This document shows positions 1 through 10,906 of a stretch of 64,000 nt of DNA, one piece after another. Every line of letters begins with the position of its first letter. Within the stretch, counting starts at the first letter, position 1. The position numbers and the translations under genes are program-made. The stretch is from NCBI RefSeq assembly GCF_964204645.1, contig NC_134029.1:16548950-16612949 (forward strand), in the 5' to 3' direction. Below the pieces are notes generated by a model. It was not told the origin of the DNA. It did no database searches and saw nothing but the letters and a program-made list of their open reading frames with translations. Origin of the DNA: Tubulanus polymorphus (lineage: Eukaryota; Animalia; Nemertea).

Positions 1-858
1 TGGTTCTCGGGTTAAACGATGTATAATCGATGCAATTGAAGACATGACGAACCTCCGTCGATGACATGGTCAACTTTATTTAAATTCGGCGAAAAACTGT
101 TTTTGGCGGGAAAATTCTTAGCTCTTGTGTATAAAATTGCAATGACCTCGATTTGGGGCGTCGTCTCTACGAGCAAATGTGATTGGCTGTTTTTGGGATA
201 TACGGGGAATTCCGGTGCTTCTAAAATAATTATGGGAAAGCCATTTATGGCGAACGTTTCATTGGACTAGGTGCCGTATATGTGCGAATTTTAAATGCTC
301 ATTGTTGGTGATAATGTAATTATTTCACATTTCGCCATAGGTATTGATTCATTCTAATACCTATTGTAATTTCTTGTGACCTGAAAATACTAAGCAGCTA
401 ACCATAGGTATAGGTCGAGGTCTGAATATTGTAATGGTAAATTCCAGGATTTAAAACGATCTAATACTACGCCCTGGTTTTAGCTTCCGCGGCCATACAT
501 TGGAAGAGGTTTCGTTTCCAAGACTCAATATTCAGCCACCCTCTTGATATGTGACATCATATGAATTTTATTTGAATATATTTTCATATTGTGAAAAATA
601 TTTTTTTTAAAATATGAAATAGTTTCCAACGCCGCACCTACCTGTACCCTACAAAATTTTGGAGGTAGACCATAAACAAATGTTTATCTTTCGTCTTATT
701 TGACTACAAAATAATTCTTTAAGAAAGATAAAATACAATATAAACTTCTAGAACTTTGAAGTCACGAATTAAAAAGATTTTTCAAGCAATGCTCTTACTC
801 CAAACAACCTCTAGCTTTCAAGGTAAACCACACTTTGCCCATGGGCAATTTATTTGTT
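1..858. repeat. Unclassified interspersed repeat, copy 1 (starts before the window); direct copy at ~7593-8622
   Basis: Line-by-line similarity to 7593-8622 (e.g. GACATGACGAACCTCCGTCGATG ... GCCCATGGGCAATTTATTT); copy 2 has ~210 extra bp at ~7950-8160. Confidence 0.8.
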
Positions 859-2399
859 TTAATTGAAGTACATAATTGGGAAATTCGGTTCCGGTTCATT
901 CAAACAATCTTCCAACCAGTTTGAACGGGCAAGCGACTGATTGAGGTTATTTTTTGGCTGCCTAATCAAATACATCGAAATTTTGGAAGTAACTATATTA
1001 CAAGGTTGAAGATCATTTTGTCCATTTTTATTTCTTTTTTAATCGTTTTCTATGCGTAAATAGTCCGATAGTTTAATGTAGTTTTTTTTTCGGGTAGATG
1101 TTGATGTAGTCCTCTAAGTTGATTGTCCCGCGTGTTGACTAGATAGAAAGGAAGCACATTTCAAAACGCAAATTATCCAGATGAGAGTATGGTCCTGAGG
1201 TATCCGAAGTGTAGTTGTATGACATCGACAGTGCAGCTCCGATGAGGATGGGTTTCTCCATCAAGGGGTGCGCAGTTGGTACTTCACATCTGGTACTGAG
1301 TTTGCCTAAAAGTAAAAGTTGCACATGGGGAGCAGTTTTGTGTTGCTTATATACAGTGCATAGTTAGGTCCGTGGATACCTCGCAATTGAACTGACAGTG
1401 CTATGCGCATTGATAGACCATCAGTAAGAAAGCGGCACAGGCACGTGAATATTACATATATGTTTGTACGTTTACGTATATACAGTCTTGCTCGGGTTTT
1501 ATTTACAGTGTCACATTTGGTTTTTTGGTATTTTTTAATGAGACTGGTGTCAAGAGGCAACCTTCCATTCACCGCTGCGTGCAAACAGACTGAGTTTGCT
1601 ATCCTGAAGCCAAAAAAGGAGGCACCAGCTATCACGGCAATGAGAATGACTTTACAGTCAAAACTTCAGAAACATTAACCAATGTGTATGTGATGATATA
1701 AAGCAAAAGTGGTCAGACAGTTCTATGCGTGTTGATAGACCGTCAACCCTGTTTGATCTAAATCAGAACATACCTCAAGTGTCAAAGTCAGGATATGTAG
1801 GTGTAACTGATAAATTGCTGTTACTGTTATTGTACGCATAAGGAATCTGGGTGAAGACATGGTTAGCTTATATGCCATTTTATATATTCATAGCCCTTCT
1901 ATAATACTATTATATATTATTCTATTGCCTTGCATTCACTTGAAGAAGTTTCATCTCAAGGCGCATATTCAGGCATGTGCTTTAGTTAACGTCGTGAGAT
2001 GTTTTCCTGGTGATTTTATAAAAATGGGCATGCACAGATAGCTCAACATCAACAATCACGTCTTTAAACTATTGACAACCATTTTACTTTTCAAAAAGAT
2101 CATCACGACTTCGGAAAAATTTTGGTGATTCTTCAACCTTTTGGTTGATTTACGAATGCTATCACTTTTGATTGACTTAGTCCGTCTTTTCGTGGCACAA
2201 AATATTATGCCAATACTGGTGCTGATTTTGGGCACAAATGGTTCAATGGAATATTCATGACTCGGCAAAGAACCTAATTTGTAGTTATTGATTCCTTGGA
2301 GATTTCTGCAAATTTGGTTCTTTGCATGCAGTTGATTTTGCCAATTCTTGGCTTTTATAGCTTAAATGTGTGATTATCTACAAATTTGAAATTTCGATG

Positions 2400-3905
2400 G
2401 AGATTCCTCATTAATGGTATCAGACCCTATGCATCATGATATCCAATCAGCGACTGTGTTTTTAGGCACACCTGCTGCAAGGGTCCTGTAGCTGTCGGGA
2501 ATTTATCATCAATTCCCCCAATTCACGTTACACTTGGATGGCGTGATACTCCGGTCCCAATGTTTGTGCACGCGCACTGACGACAGGTACTCCACCCCCT
2601 TTACCAAAAGAAAGGTTAAGGATGCTCCACCGTTTGCGGTTACAGGGATTGATTATCCTGGTCCGTTTGAGTTCCTAGCTGTTATAAATCCGGTATCATT
2701 GGTAAAGTCGTATATTATTCTGTTCACATGTGCAGTAAGCAGGTGTATTCATCTCGTGTTGGTTATTAATTTGTCATTACCGACATTTGTGTTAAGTAAA
2801 GTTTCCGTTGTTTCTACAGTCGCAGATCCTGTCCGTCGTGCTGTATTTCGGACATTTCAATCCGCTGAAAAGCATCTGAAAGAGTTGTTTACTTCGCCCG
2901 AGTTAGAGCGAAATTTAGCTGATAGAGGGTGTGAATGGAAATTCATTCCGCGTTGTGGTCCATGGTTTGGCAGATTTTACAAGAGACACATCGGACTTAC
3001 AAAACGTGCATTAAAGAAAACTCTCAATTGTTCAAAGTTGGGATTTACTGAACTGCAAACAGTCGTTACCGAAATAGAATGTACGTTAAATAATCTCCGT
3101 TAACTGCGTTATTTGACGGAGTTGCAGATCCAGTGCCGATTACACCGTCGCAGTTATTCATGGGTCGTTTTATCAGTGGACGATCCAGATTATGTTAAAC
3201 AGAGCGATGTTGTGATCTGTGTGAAAAAACGTGGTTGTTTATATGCCGATTTTCAAAAGCGTTGGCTTGAAGAGTATCTTACTGCGCTATGGGAGAGGCA
3301 TGGCATGCCGCAAAGTGCTTTCATGGGAGAATGCCCATGTAAGATCGGTGATGTTGTTTTGGTCCTCTCGGAAAAAGATTGTTTTCAGTGGAAACTTGAG
3401 GTGATAACCTAAGGGTCCGGATGGTTTGATTTGCGTTGCGGGAATTAAGACCAGTTACAGGTTTTCGAACAGACCCATCAATTGTCTTTATCCGTTGGTG
3501 ATATTGTGTTGTGATGTTAGGGAACTTTTAGAATCATCCAAAGAAATGGAAAATTTGGTTCCTGTTAGACCAGCTCCTCGGCTAGCTGCTATAAAGGCCT
3601 GCAGTTAATGAAGGAACAGTCAGAGTTCTTGTGATCAGTGATTTGTAAAAGACACTTTTATTTTAAACGTAACATTGATGTGGCTGGAGTTTGTCGGGAC
3701 TTCATCATTTATAATATAATTCCTCCAATTCCCGTAACCGTACACTTGGATGGCGTGATACTCCGGTCCCAATGTTTGCGCACGCGCACTGACGACAGGG
3801 CAGTGCATGTTAGTTGAGAAACAAGTTGTAATGGCGTCTAAAATAAAATGTGTCGGGTTCATGTGAACCGCTGCTGTTCTCGTTAATTTCTTGTGTCTAC
3901 CACAG
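2400..3905 (+). mobile_element. Degenerate BEL/Pao LTR retrotransposon remnant (integrase, C-terminal domain, probable 3' LTR from 3692)
   Basis: ORFs 2534-3608 carry BEL integrase motifs [63 protein letters not shown] and RPINCLYPL, broken by stops and frameshifts. Purine-rich GGCTGGAG precedes TGTCGGGA at 3692. Outer limits are approximate. Confidence 0.8.
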
Positions 3906-4884
3906 TAGCAGTTGCACTTGACGCTACGAATGGTGGGCCTTGTGACGTCGCGTCACAAGTGGGGTGTAGATCAGTTGCTATGTAAATGTCAGTGATGGTG
4001 TGCAGCTACGGTAGTCTATTATTAGTGTTAAGAGCATGTGGGTCGATGCAATCCGCGATTCCGATTTCTGATTTCATGAAGCCTACGGAAAACACGATTT
4101 CTAAACTTGAACTCATTACCATTGTAGATTCGAATCCCTATATTTCTGGGAATATAACACACCTCACTGGTTGCATGAAGCACTCTGGAAATATTTATCC
4201 CTTTCATTTTTCATTTTTATTAGATGAAGTTGCTAATGTCAGTCGTAAGTTTAAAGAATGATCAATTTTCCTTATTTTGGAGCATTTTCATGAATTCTAC
4301 TAATACGCATTCTACGTGTTACATCTAAAAACTCACATAGACCACTAGGGTCTTCAAAATTGTTGTAATTTTTGGAGGTAGATGATTTAGCTGCTTTTTT
4401 AGCCCACACGGGGCAAAGTCTTTTTTGTGTTCACTCAAAGTTATTTCAGGAAGTTTTAAAAAAGCTTTGATGGATTTTCTTGATATTTGGTTACAAATAT
4501 ACAACCCAATCAGTATCAAGATGGCATGATCACAAATCAGGGATTTTTGCACGGATTTTGCTATCTTAGGGCAGATAGCTATGGCGCTCAGTTTTCGTTG
4601 TACTGTAATTCCGTCTGTCTATCGCAATTTCGGGGTTTTTTCAACATGCTTTGATGGAAGATCTTAGTTTTAACTTAGTAATCTTGATATTTGATATTGT
4701 AGTTAACTATAAGACATAGCTCATTTAGGATTTACTCTGTCTTAAGTTCTCTCCACCAGTCACAATGAATAATGAAATAACAGGGTATTTCTGTCATATC
4801 GGTACCTAGACATATTTTGTAACTACATTCATAATAATTGCTGCAAAGTTGTATCTTATGACATATTTTGTGATTGGTTATTCA

Positions 4885-5693
4885 TTATGCCCCGGCTCAA
4901 CTTAAGTTGAGTTGGCCACCAGGGGGCCGACATAAAAAACGATGTTAACAGCCTTGAGGCCGCAATTGTAGGATATCACTTGGGCCAGAACCCTATTTTA
5001 TAATTGGGTTGATTCGATTCAAATTATGGCCACCAGGGGGCCAACATGAAAACGACATTAACCGCCTAGAGGCTGCAATTGGTGACGGATTCATTTCAAA
5101 CTTGGTAAACAAGTAGGATATCACTTCGGCCAGAACCCTATTTAAAATTGGGTTGATTCAATTCAAATTATTGCCACCAGGGGGCCGACATGAAGACCAA
5201 CGTTTACAGCCTAGAGGCCTCAATTGTTGACCGATTGTTTTCAAACTTGGTACACAAGTAGGGTATCACTTGGCCCCGAAATCCTATCTAAAGTTGGGTC
5301 AATTCGATTCAAATAATGGCCACCAGGGGGCCGATATGAAAAATTACGTTAATAGCCTAGAGGCCGCAATTGTTGACCGATTAATTTTAAACTTGGTGCA
5401 CAAGTAGGGTATCACTTGGGCCAGAACCCTATTTAAAATTGGGTCAATTCAATTCAAATTATTACTAGAGGCCGCAATTGTTGACTGATTCAAATTATGG
5501 CCATCAGGGGAAAACAGCCTAGAGGCTGCAACTGTTGATAAATTATTTATACTTTGTACACATGTTCTCTAATATCATTCTTATAGAAGTAATTGTGGCC
5601 ATGATATTTCTAACACATTTACCACAAACCCTGTAACTTCACGTGGCGGTGAATTTCAGGCCGGGGGCATTCGAGGCTTTGCCTCATTTTAGT
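4885..5693 (+). mobile_element. Helentron-associated (HINE/DINE-1-like) non-autonomous element with internal ~120-bp tandem array
   Basis: Subterminal inverted repeats ATGCCCCGGC (4887) / GCCGGGGGCAT (5660), 5' palindrome CTCAACTTAAGTTGAG, 3' hairpin GAGGCTTTGCCTC then TAGTTT, and about 5 units of GGCCACCAGGGGGCC...CTAGAGGCCGCAATTG. Confidence 0.7.
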
Positions 5694-6094
5694 TTCTGTA
5701 TGTGTTCACCAGATATGCACAGTGGTTGTAAATTTCATTGTTTATTTTCTGCCTTTAAAAAGGATATTATGAAGGTAAAATTCTGAGTGTATATGGTGAT
5801 AATCTTATTTCAATTCGGATTGTAGAATAATCACTTTGAAATTTGATGATTTTCTAGCCGCAGCAGCGATTTCACTTTTCATATGTCATGCAACAAGCCA
5901 TTCCTACTTTCCTTATGCATGGAAGTTAAAATCAGGTTTTTGAATATTTTTGGGTTGCCAGTTTAGTCAATGGTCTTAGAGTTGAACGTATATGTATGAT
6001 GTACGCAATGAGTAACAGAATTGATTTACTTACTACACGGAATCAATGGAGTTATCTGGAACACACGTTCATGTCTATTCAGTCTTACCCTACA

Positions 6095-6378
6095 CATCCT
6101 TCCGCGGCAAGAATTCAAACCCGATGGAATTGTTTGACTGCCACTGCATGAACCCCAGCCCAAGTGCGCATGTACATGCACACCTTAGCCACATGAAAAC
6201 ATGGCATATTCATGGATAGCTATTGTTAGAATAACATGAAATGATACAACAAATTGGCTTATAGTGACGTCATGGCTAAGTGCGCAAATTTCTGCAATGT
6301 GGTGCTAATCAGGCAGGGGTTCGTGCTGTGGCTGAGGTTCACAATGCCATCGGGTTCAAATACCTGCTGAGGGAGGGT
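6095..6378. repeat. Inverted pair of related tRNA-like (SINE head) sequences
   Basis: 6270-6378 (+) has A-box-like TGGCTAAGTG and B-box-like GGGTTCAAATACC. Its reverse complement aligns with 6095-6195 (AACCCGATGG...GAACCCC...CTTAGCCA). Confidence 0.45.
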
Positions 6379-7080
6379 GACTCCTAAGCACCGAAAGAAA
6401 ACCATTCTGTTGTTAATCCACTCCAACAGAAAGAATACCATTCTGTTGTCAATCCACTTCCGGAGAAAGTACCAGGAAATTAAAACCACCGGCTGAAATA
6501 AGACGAAACCTTCATACAGGATCTACACATTTAGACAGATTGCTATGTATTTTTTACAGCTTTGGCAATGCGTTTTGGACACACAGTAGTCGATTTTGAT
6601 AGGAAACATGATTCGACATGTCAAAAAATTGAAAAAATGATAATAACCATGACGATAACAATAAATCCTCATGATAAATGTAATAATCAATTCCTACCAA
6701 ACTTAGTTGATGCACTTACTGTAAATGTTTACAGTGTTAGGTTGGATAAGGAATGACCTGATTGCAGTTCACTCGGAGATTGGATCTAATGACCAGGAGG
6801 CCGGTTTATAGTTTGATTAGTCGATAATATGAAACTGTAGAAGCGGGTCCTCGATTTCACATGAATGGGCGATCAGCTTGCATTATAAGCTGGATAATTT
6901 GCTAGCTTCAATTAAGTTAGTTTAAATTTTGTGCAGGTTTAGTGGTATGACCCACAATGCACAATGAAGTGGAAAATGAAGATGAAAGGGTTGAATTGGC
7001 CTCGGTTTTAGAATCTACCACATACATAGTAAAACCAAGGACGTTTAATAGAGCCAAGATCTGTTATATTTCCATGAAAC

Positions 7081-7283
7081 TGATAATCACCTTAATTTCC
7101 AGTAAGGCCTCTTACACGCATTGTAAAAGGGGTGTCACTAAACCTAAGACCCCCTAGTGACACCCATTGTAAAAGACTAATTCCGAAACACACATTCCAC
7201 GCACATGCGCAACCGAGCTCGGTATCCCCTCTGTACCGTCAATTTTTTCTAACCCCAAAAAGCCCAAGTCCACATATCTAACA
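7081..7283 (-). repeat. 3' LTR of the copia element (contains a 36-bp insertion)
   Basis: Matches 13377-13535 apart from about 5 substitutions, a 2-bp indel and the insert at 7130-7165. Confidence 0.95.
7130..7165. mobile_element. 36-bp micro-MITE or transposon footprint
   Basis: Perfect 11-bp TIRs GGGTGTCACTA / TAGTGACACCC flanked by the 10-bp direct repeat ATTGTAAAAG; absent from the partner LTR. Confidence 0.75.
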
Positions 7284-10200
7284 ATCTCATCTATCTTTCT
7301 TTTTAACGGAGCAGAACGCTTTTCCACTGAAGAATTACAAGTCGTAACTTTCTAACGGAGTAGAACACTTTTCTACTGAAGAATTACAAAAATTGATAAG
7401 TCATGGCTTATCTATTTACATGGCATCAACAATGTTTATAGCGTCCACTGAATAGTTCCAGACTCCAAAGCCTGCAACAGACCCGCAGCTGACGCACCTT
7501 TTTGGTTTACCTTTGTTAGCGATATGAAGTTGGCATTGAGCCAATTTCATGTAAAATCACGGTACGTTTTTTTATGTGAGCATTTGTTTCATTGGTTCTT
7601 GGGTTAAACGACGTATAATCGATGCGCTTGAAGACATGACGAACCTCCGTCGATGTACATGGTCAACTTTGTTAAAATTCTACGATAAACTGTTTTTGAC
7701 GGGAAAATTCTTAGCTCTCGCGTATAAAATTGCAATGACCTCGATTGGGGGGCGTTGTCTCTACGAGCGAATGTGATTGGCTGTTTTTGGGATATACGGG
7801 GAATTCCGGCGCTACTAAAATAATTATGGGAAAGCCATAGAATGGCAAACGTTTCATTGGACTAGGTGCCGTATACGAGCAAATTTCAAATGCTCATTGC
7901 TGATGAGAATGTAATTATTATCCGCCATAGGTATTGTTTCATTTTAATAACCCGGTGATTGAGTTGATTGACACTGAAGTGCAAGCGAACATTCACTTAC
8001 ACAAGGCCTCCACGTGCGCGCGGAGTGCTATAATAGACTGTTGCATACACAAACACACGCTCGTATGGTATACACTACTAGACGCTGCTTGCTGGGGCGT
8101 CTGACATTTCATCAACAGAAGATGAGCGCTATGTTTTCGGTTTGATATAATTTATAATAAATTGTAATTTCTTGTGACCTGAAAATATTAAGCAGCAAAC
8201 TACAAGTATAGGTCGAGGTCTGAATATTGTATTAGTAAATTCCAGGATTTAAAACGATCTAATACGCCGATTTCTTACTGCGCCGGTTTAGATTCCGCGG
8301 CCATACGTTGGAAGAAGTTTCCAACACTCAATATTCAGCCACCCTCTGATATGTGACATCATATGAATTTTATTTGAATATTTTTTCATATTGTGAAAAA
8401 TATTTCTTTGAAAATATAAAATAGTTTCCCTGCCGCGCCTACCTGTACCCTACGAAATGTATATTTTTGGTCTTATTTGACTACAAAATAATTCTTTGCG
8501 AAAGATGAAATACAATATAGAACTTTTAAGTCACGAATTAAAAAGATTTTTCAAGCAATGCCCTTACCCCAAACAACCTCTAGCTTTCAAGGTAAACCAC
8601 GCTTTGCCCATGGGCAATTTATTTTGTAAGGCAATCAGCTAGTTGTTTATTCGAGTCGATCCAACGCAGCTCTTTCAGCGCACCATTTTCAATAACTTCT
8701 TTTATAGCAGCTATATCGATTCTGAAACGTTTCTCAGTAACTGCTTTGTTGGAAACGACTGCTTCACACAGCGATTTACTATCAGTGAGGCATATCACAT
8801 CAACTAAACCAAACTCCTTTCTGCCAAACATAAGCTCCGTGTACATCAAGCATAAAGGTAAGGCGGCATCACCGCATCCGCTAAAGCTAACGTCTCACCC
8901 GCAAGGGTACTTCGAACAACCCTACTTTGAGCTCCAACATATTGGTGACATATTTCCATCCTCACCCTCGAAACAAATAAAATAGCCACCTTGAGTATCG
9001 CCATCAGATAAATTCCCTTATGATGCATCACAATAAACCAACATTCTAGGATTCTTCAGATACTGAAATTGTATACTGACATTTTCAGCTTTAGCCCTTT
9101 TAATCACTTTATTCAATGCCAAAATATCCAACTTTTCCTTTCTTTATTGAGGATGCAAGCTGGCAGACATCGAATATTAAATCTAGTCTTGTTTGACGGC
9201 CAAGCCACAGAAGCTGACCTACTTTTTTTCTCATCGCTGTCTTCTCATTTTCAGTAAGACATTTTGGTTTTGTGCCCGGACACTACTAATTTTTACGAAT
9301 TCTAAATTTTGCTTATAGAAATCCTGATCGAGAGTCGTGTCATCTTGCGATATGTTTAAATGCATACCAACATATCTGAAAGCCTGTACATCTTCCCTTC
9401 CAACGATAAATTTCTCTCGAATCTTGCAGATAACAGTTTTTTCAAATGATTCATCACCTCCCCATAGAAAATCATCAACATGACATAATAGTATGCCAGT
9501 AAGTAGACCATTCTCATCAAGCCAGTAGAAAACAGCTGGGTCATATTGACATATCCTTGCTCCCATACCAGACAAGGTGGATTTTACCTTCTTGTACCAA
9601 CACAGAGAAGCATCACTGAGACCATAAACGCATTTTTTTAACTGCCATAAATAACCATTTTCGCAGGCTTCTTTAGGGGGTACCAAAAAGACTTGTCTGT
9701 CAAAGTTGTCTCCTTGGAGAAAAGCACTTTTAATGTCCATTGACTTGGGCAGCCATTTTTTTTTTAGCAAGGATAGTTAGCACTATTTTCTGCGACTCAC
9801 TGGAACATGTAGGTGAATCTCTTTCAGCGGACAGTTCTTTTTCTTCGAACCCTCTCGCTACCAGTCTAGCTTTAGGTACCAGAACACCCTCTTTTTCTTT
9901 CATATTACAGATCCATCTGTAGATACGGCACGCTGACCACTATCTTTGACTCTTTTGTACACTCCATGGTCTTTCCAGCTTTTTAGCTCTGCTTGTTTAG
10001 CTTGGTCAAAAATCCCATATTGCGCTACTAATACATCGGCATCGTCAATCGTTGGTTCAAGAACTTGAAGATTATCTAACTGATTTATATCCACTGAGCT
10101 CTGATATCTCTAGCCATCTGAATTTACTGTTGCAATATTGTACAGTCTTTATATTGTCCAGTTTTCTTTCCAGCTCTGCCTATGATGGTCCCTACCTGTG

Positions 10201-10741
10201 TGTTTCCATTTACTTCAAATTTAATCTGTTGACCCTTTTTTAAGGTTGGCTTCTCATTTTCAACCACTCCCTGATTCAAAGCGTCATCAGAACTGTTCAC
10301 ATTTCCGACCGTGTTGGGCAAAGTCTGGTTCTCAGATAACATATTATCAACATCGTTGTTGATTTTCTAGTCATCACTGTCATTATTTGACTGTACAACT
10401 GCCGGTTCGGTTTCATTTCTTACGGAAAACTTATCTTGTTGTTGATAACGTTTGTCATCATAAGGTTGATGATTAATCTCAGATACAGCTTTTTTTAACC
10501 GACATGTGTGCACTAATGAGCTGACCACCATGTCGAACAAATACCACAACTCCGTCCTGGCCAATAACTCAAGCAGGTCCTTTCCATGTTGACTAGTCAG
10601 GCCTTTTATAGAACACCTTGTCACCACTTCTATAAATTTCATCATTGTGAGTTCGAACCTGTTTTCTAAGGGCCCTTCTTATCTTCTCAGAACATTCAGC
10701 CTGAGTAAATGCCTGTCTTGCAGCAAACAGAGTCGTAATGT

Positions 10742-10906
10742 AATAGTGACCTGACGATGATCTCTAGGGTGAGATCGAAACGTCGTGTCTTTTAAATATT
10801 TTAGATTTAATAAATAAAATCTGGTTTTTAAATTCTTTTAATCTGTAAATAGTGGGATTTTATCTTATTATCCGTTCACCACGTTTGAGTGTGGTCATCG
10901 TTCTAT
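10742..10906 (+). mobile_element. Penelope-like (pLTR-derived) retroposed fragment
   Basis: 165-bp insert flanked by the 13-bp TSD AGAGTCGTAATGT (10729-10741, 10907-10919); contains a hammerhead core followed by an AT-rich segment with AATAAA. Confidence 0.7.
10746..10789 (+). ncRNA. Minimal hammerhead ribozyme-like motif
   Basis: CTGACGA-T-[GATCTC tagggt GAGATC]-GAAA-CGTC: both conserved core boxes, a perfect 6-bp stem II and a palindromic ACGT stem III. Stem I pairs poorly. Confidence 0.6.

Noticed and set aside
4915-5530. Regular repeats that could be mistaken for a CRISPR array (also 15440-16040)
   Set aside because: Whole ~120-bp units are homologous, there are no unique spacers or cas genes, and the context is eukaryotic HINE elements.
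5763-5774. Possible 12-nt micro-exon (AG-GATATTATGAAG-GTAAAA)
   Set aside because: Too short to support without transcripts, and the acceptor is weak.
6937-7080. Possible PHKA exon after TTTTGTGCAG
   Set aside because: All three frames hit stops soon after the acceptor and there is no PHKA similarity.
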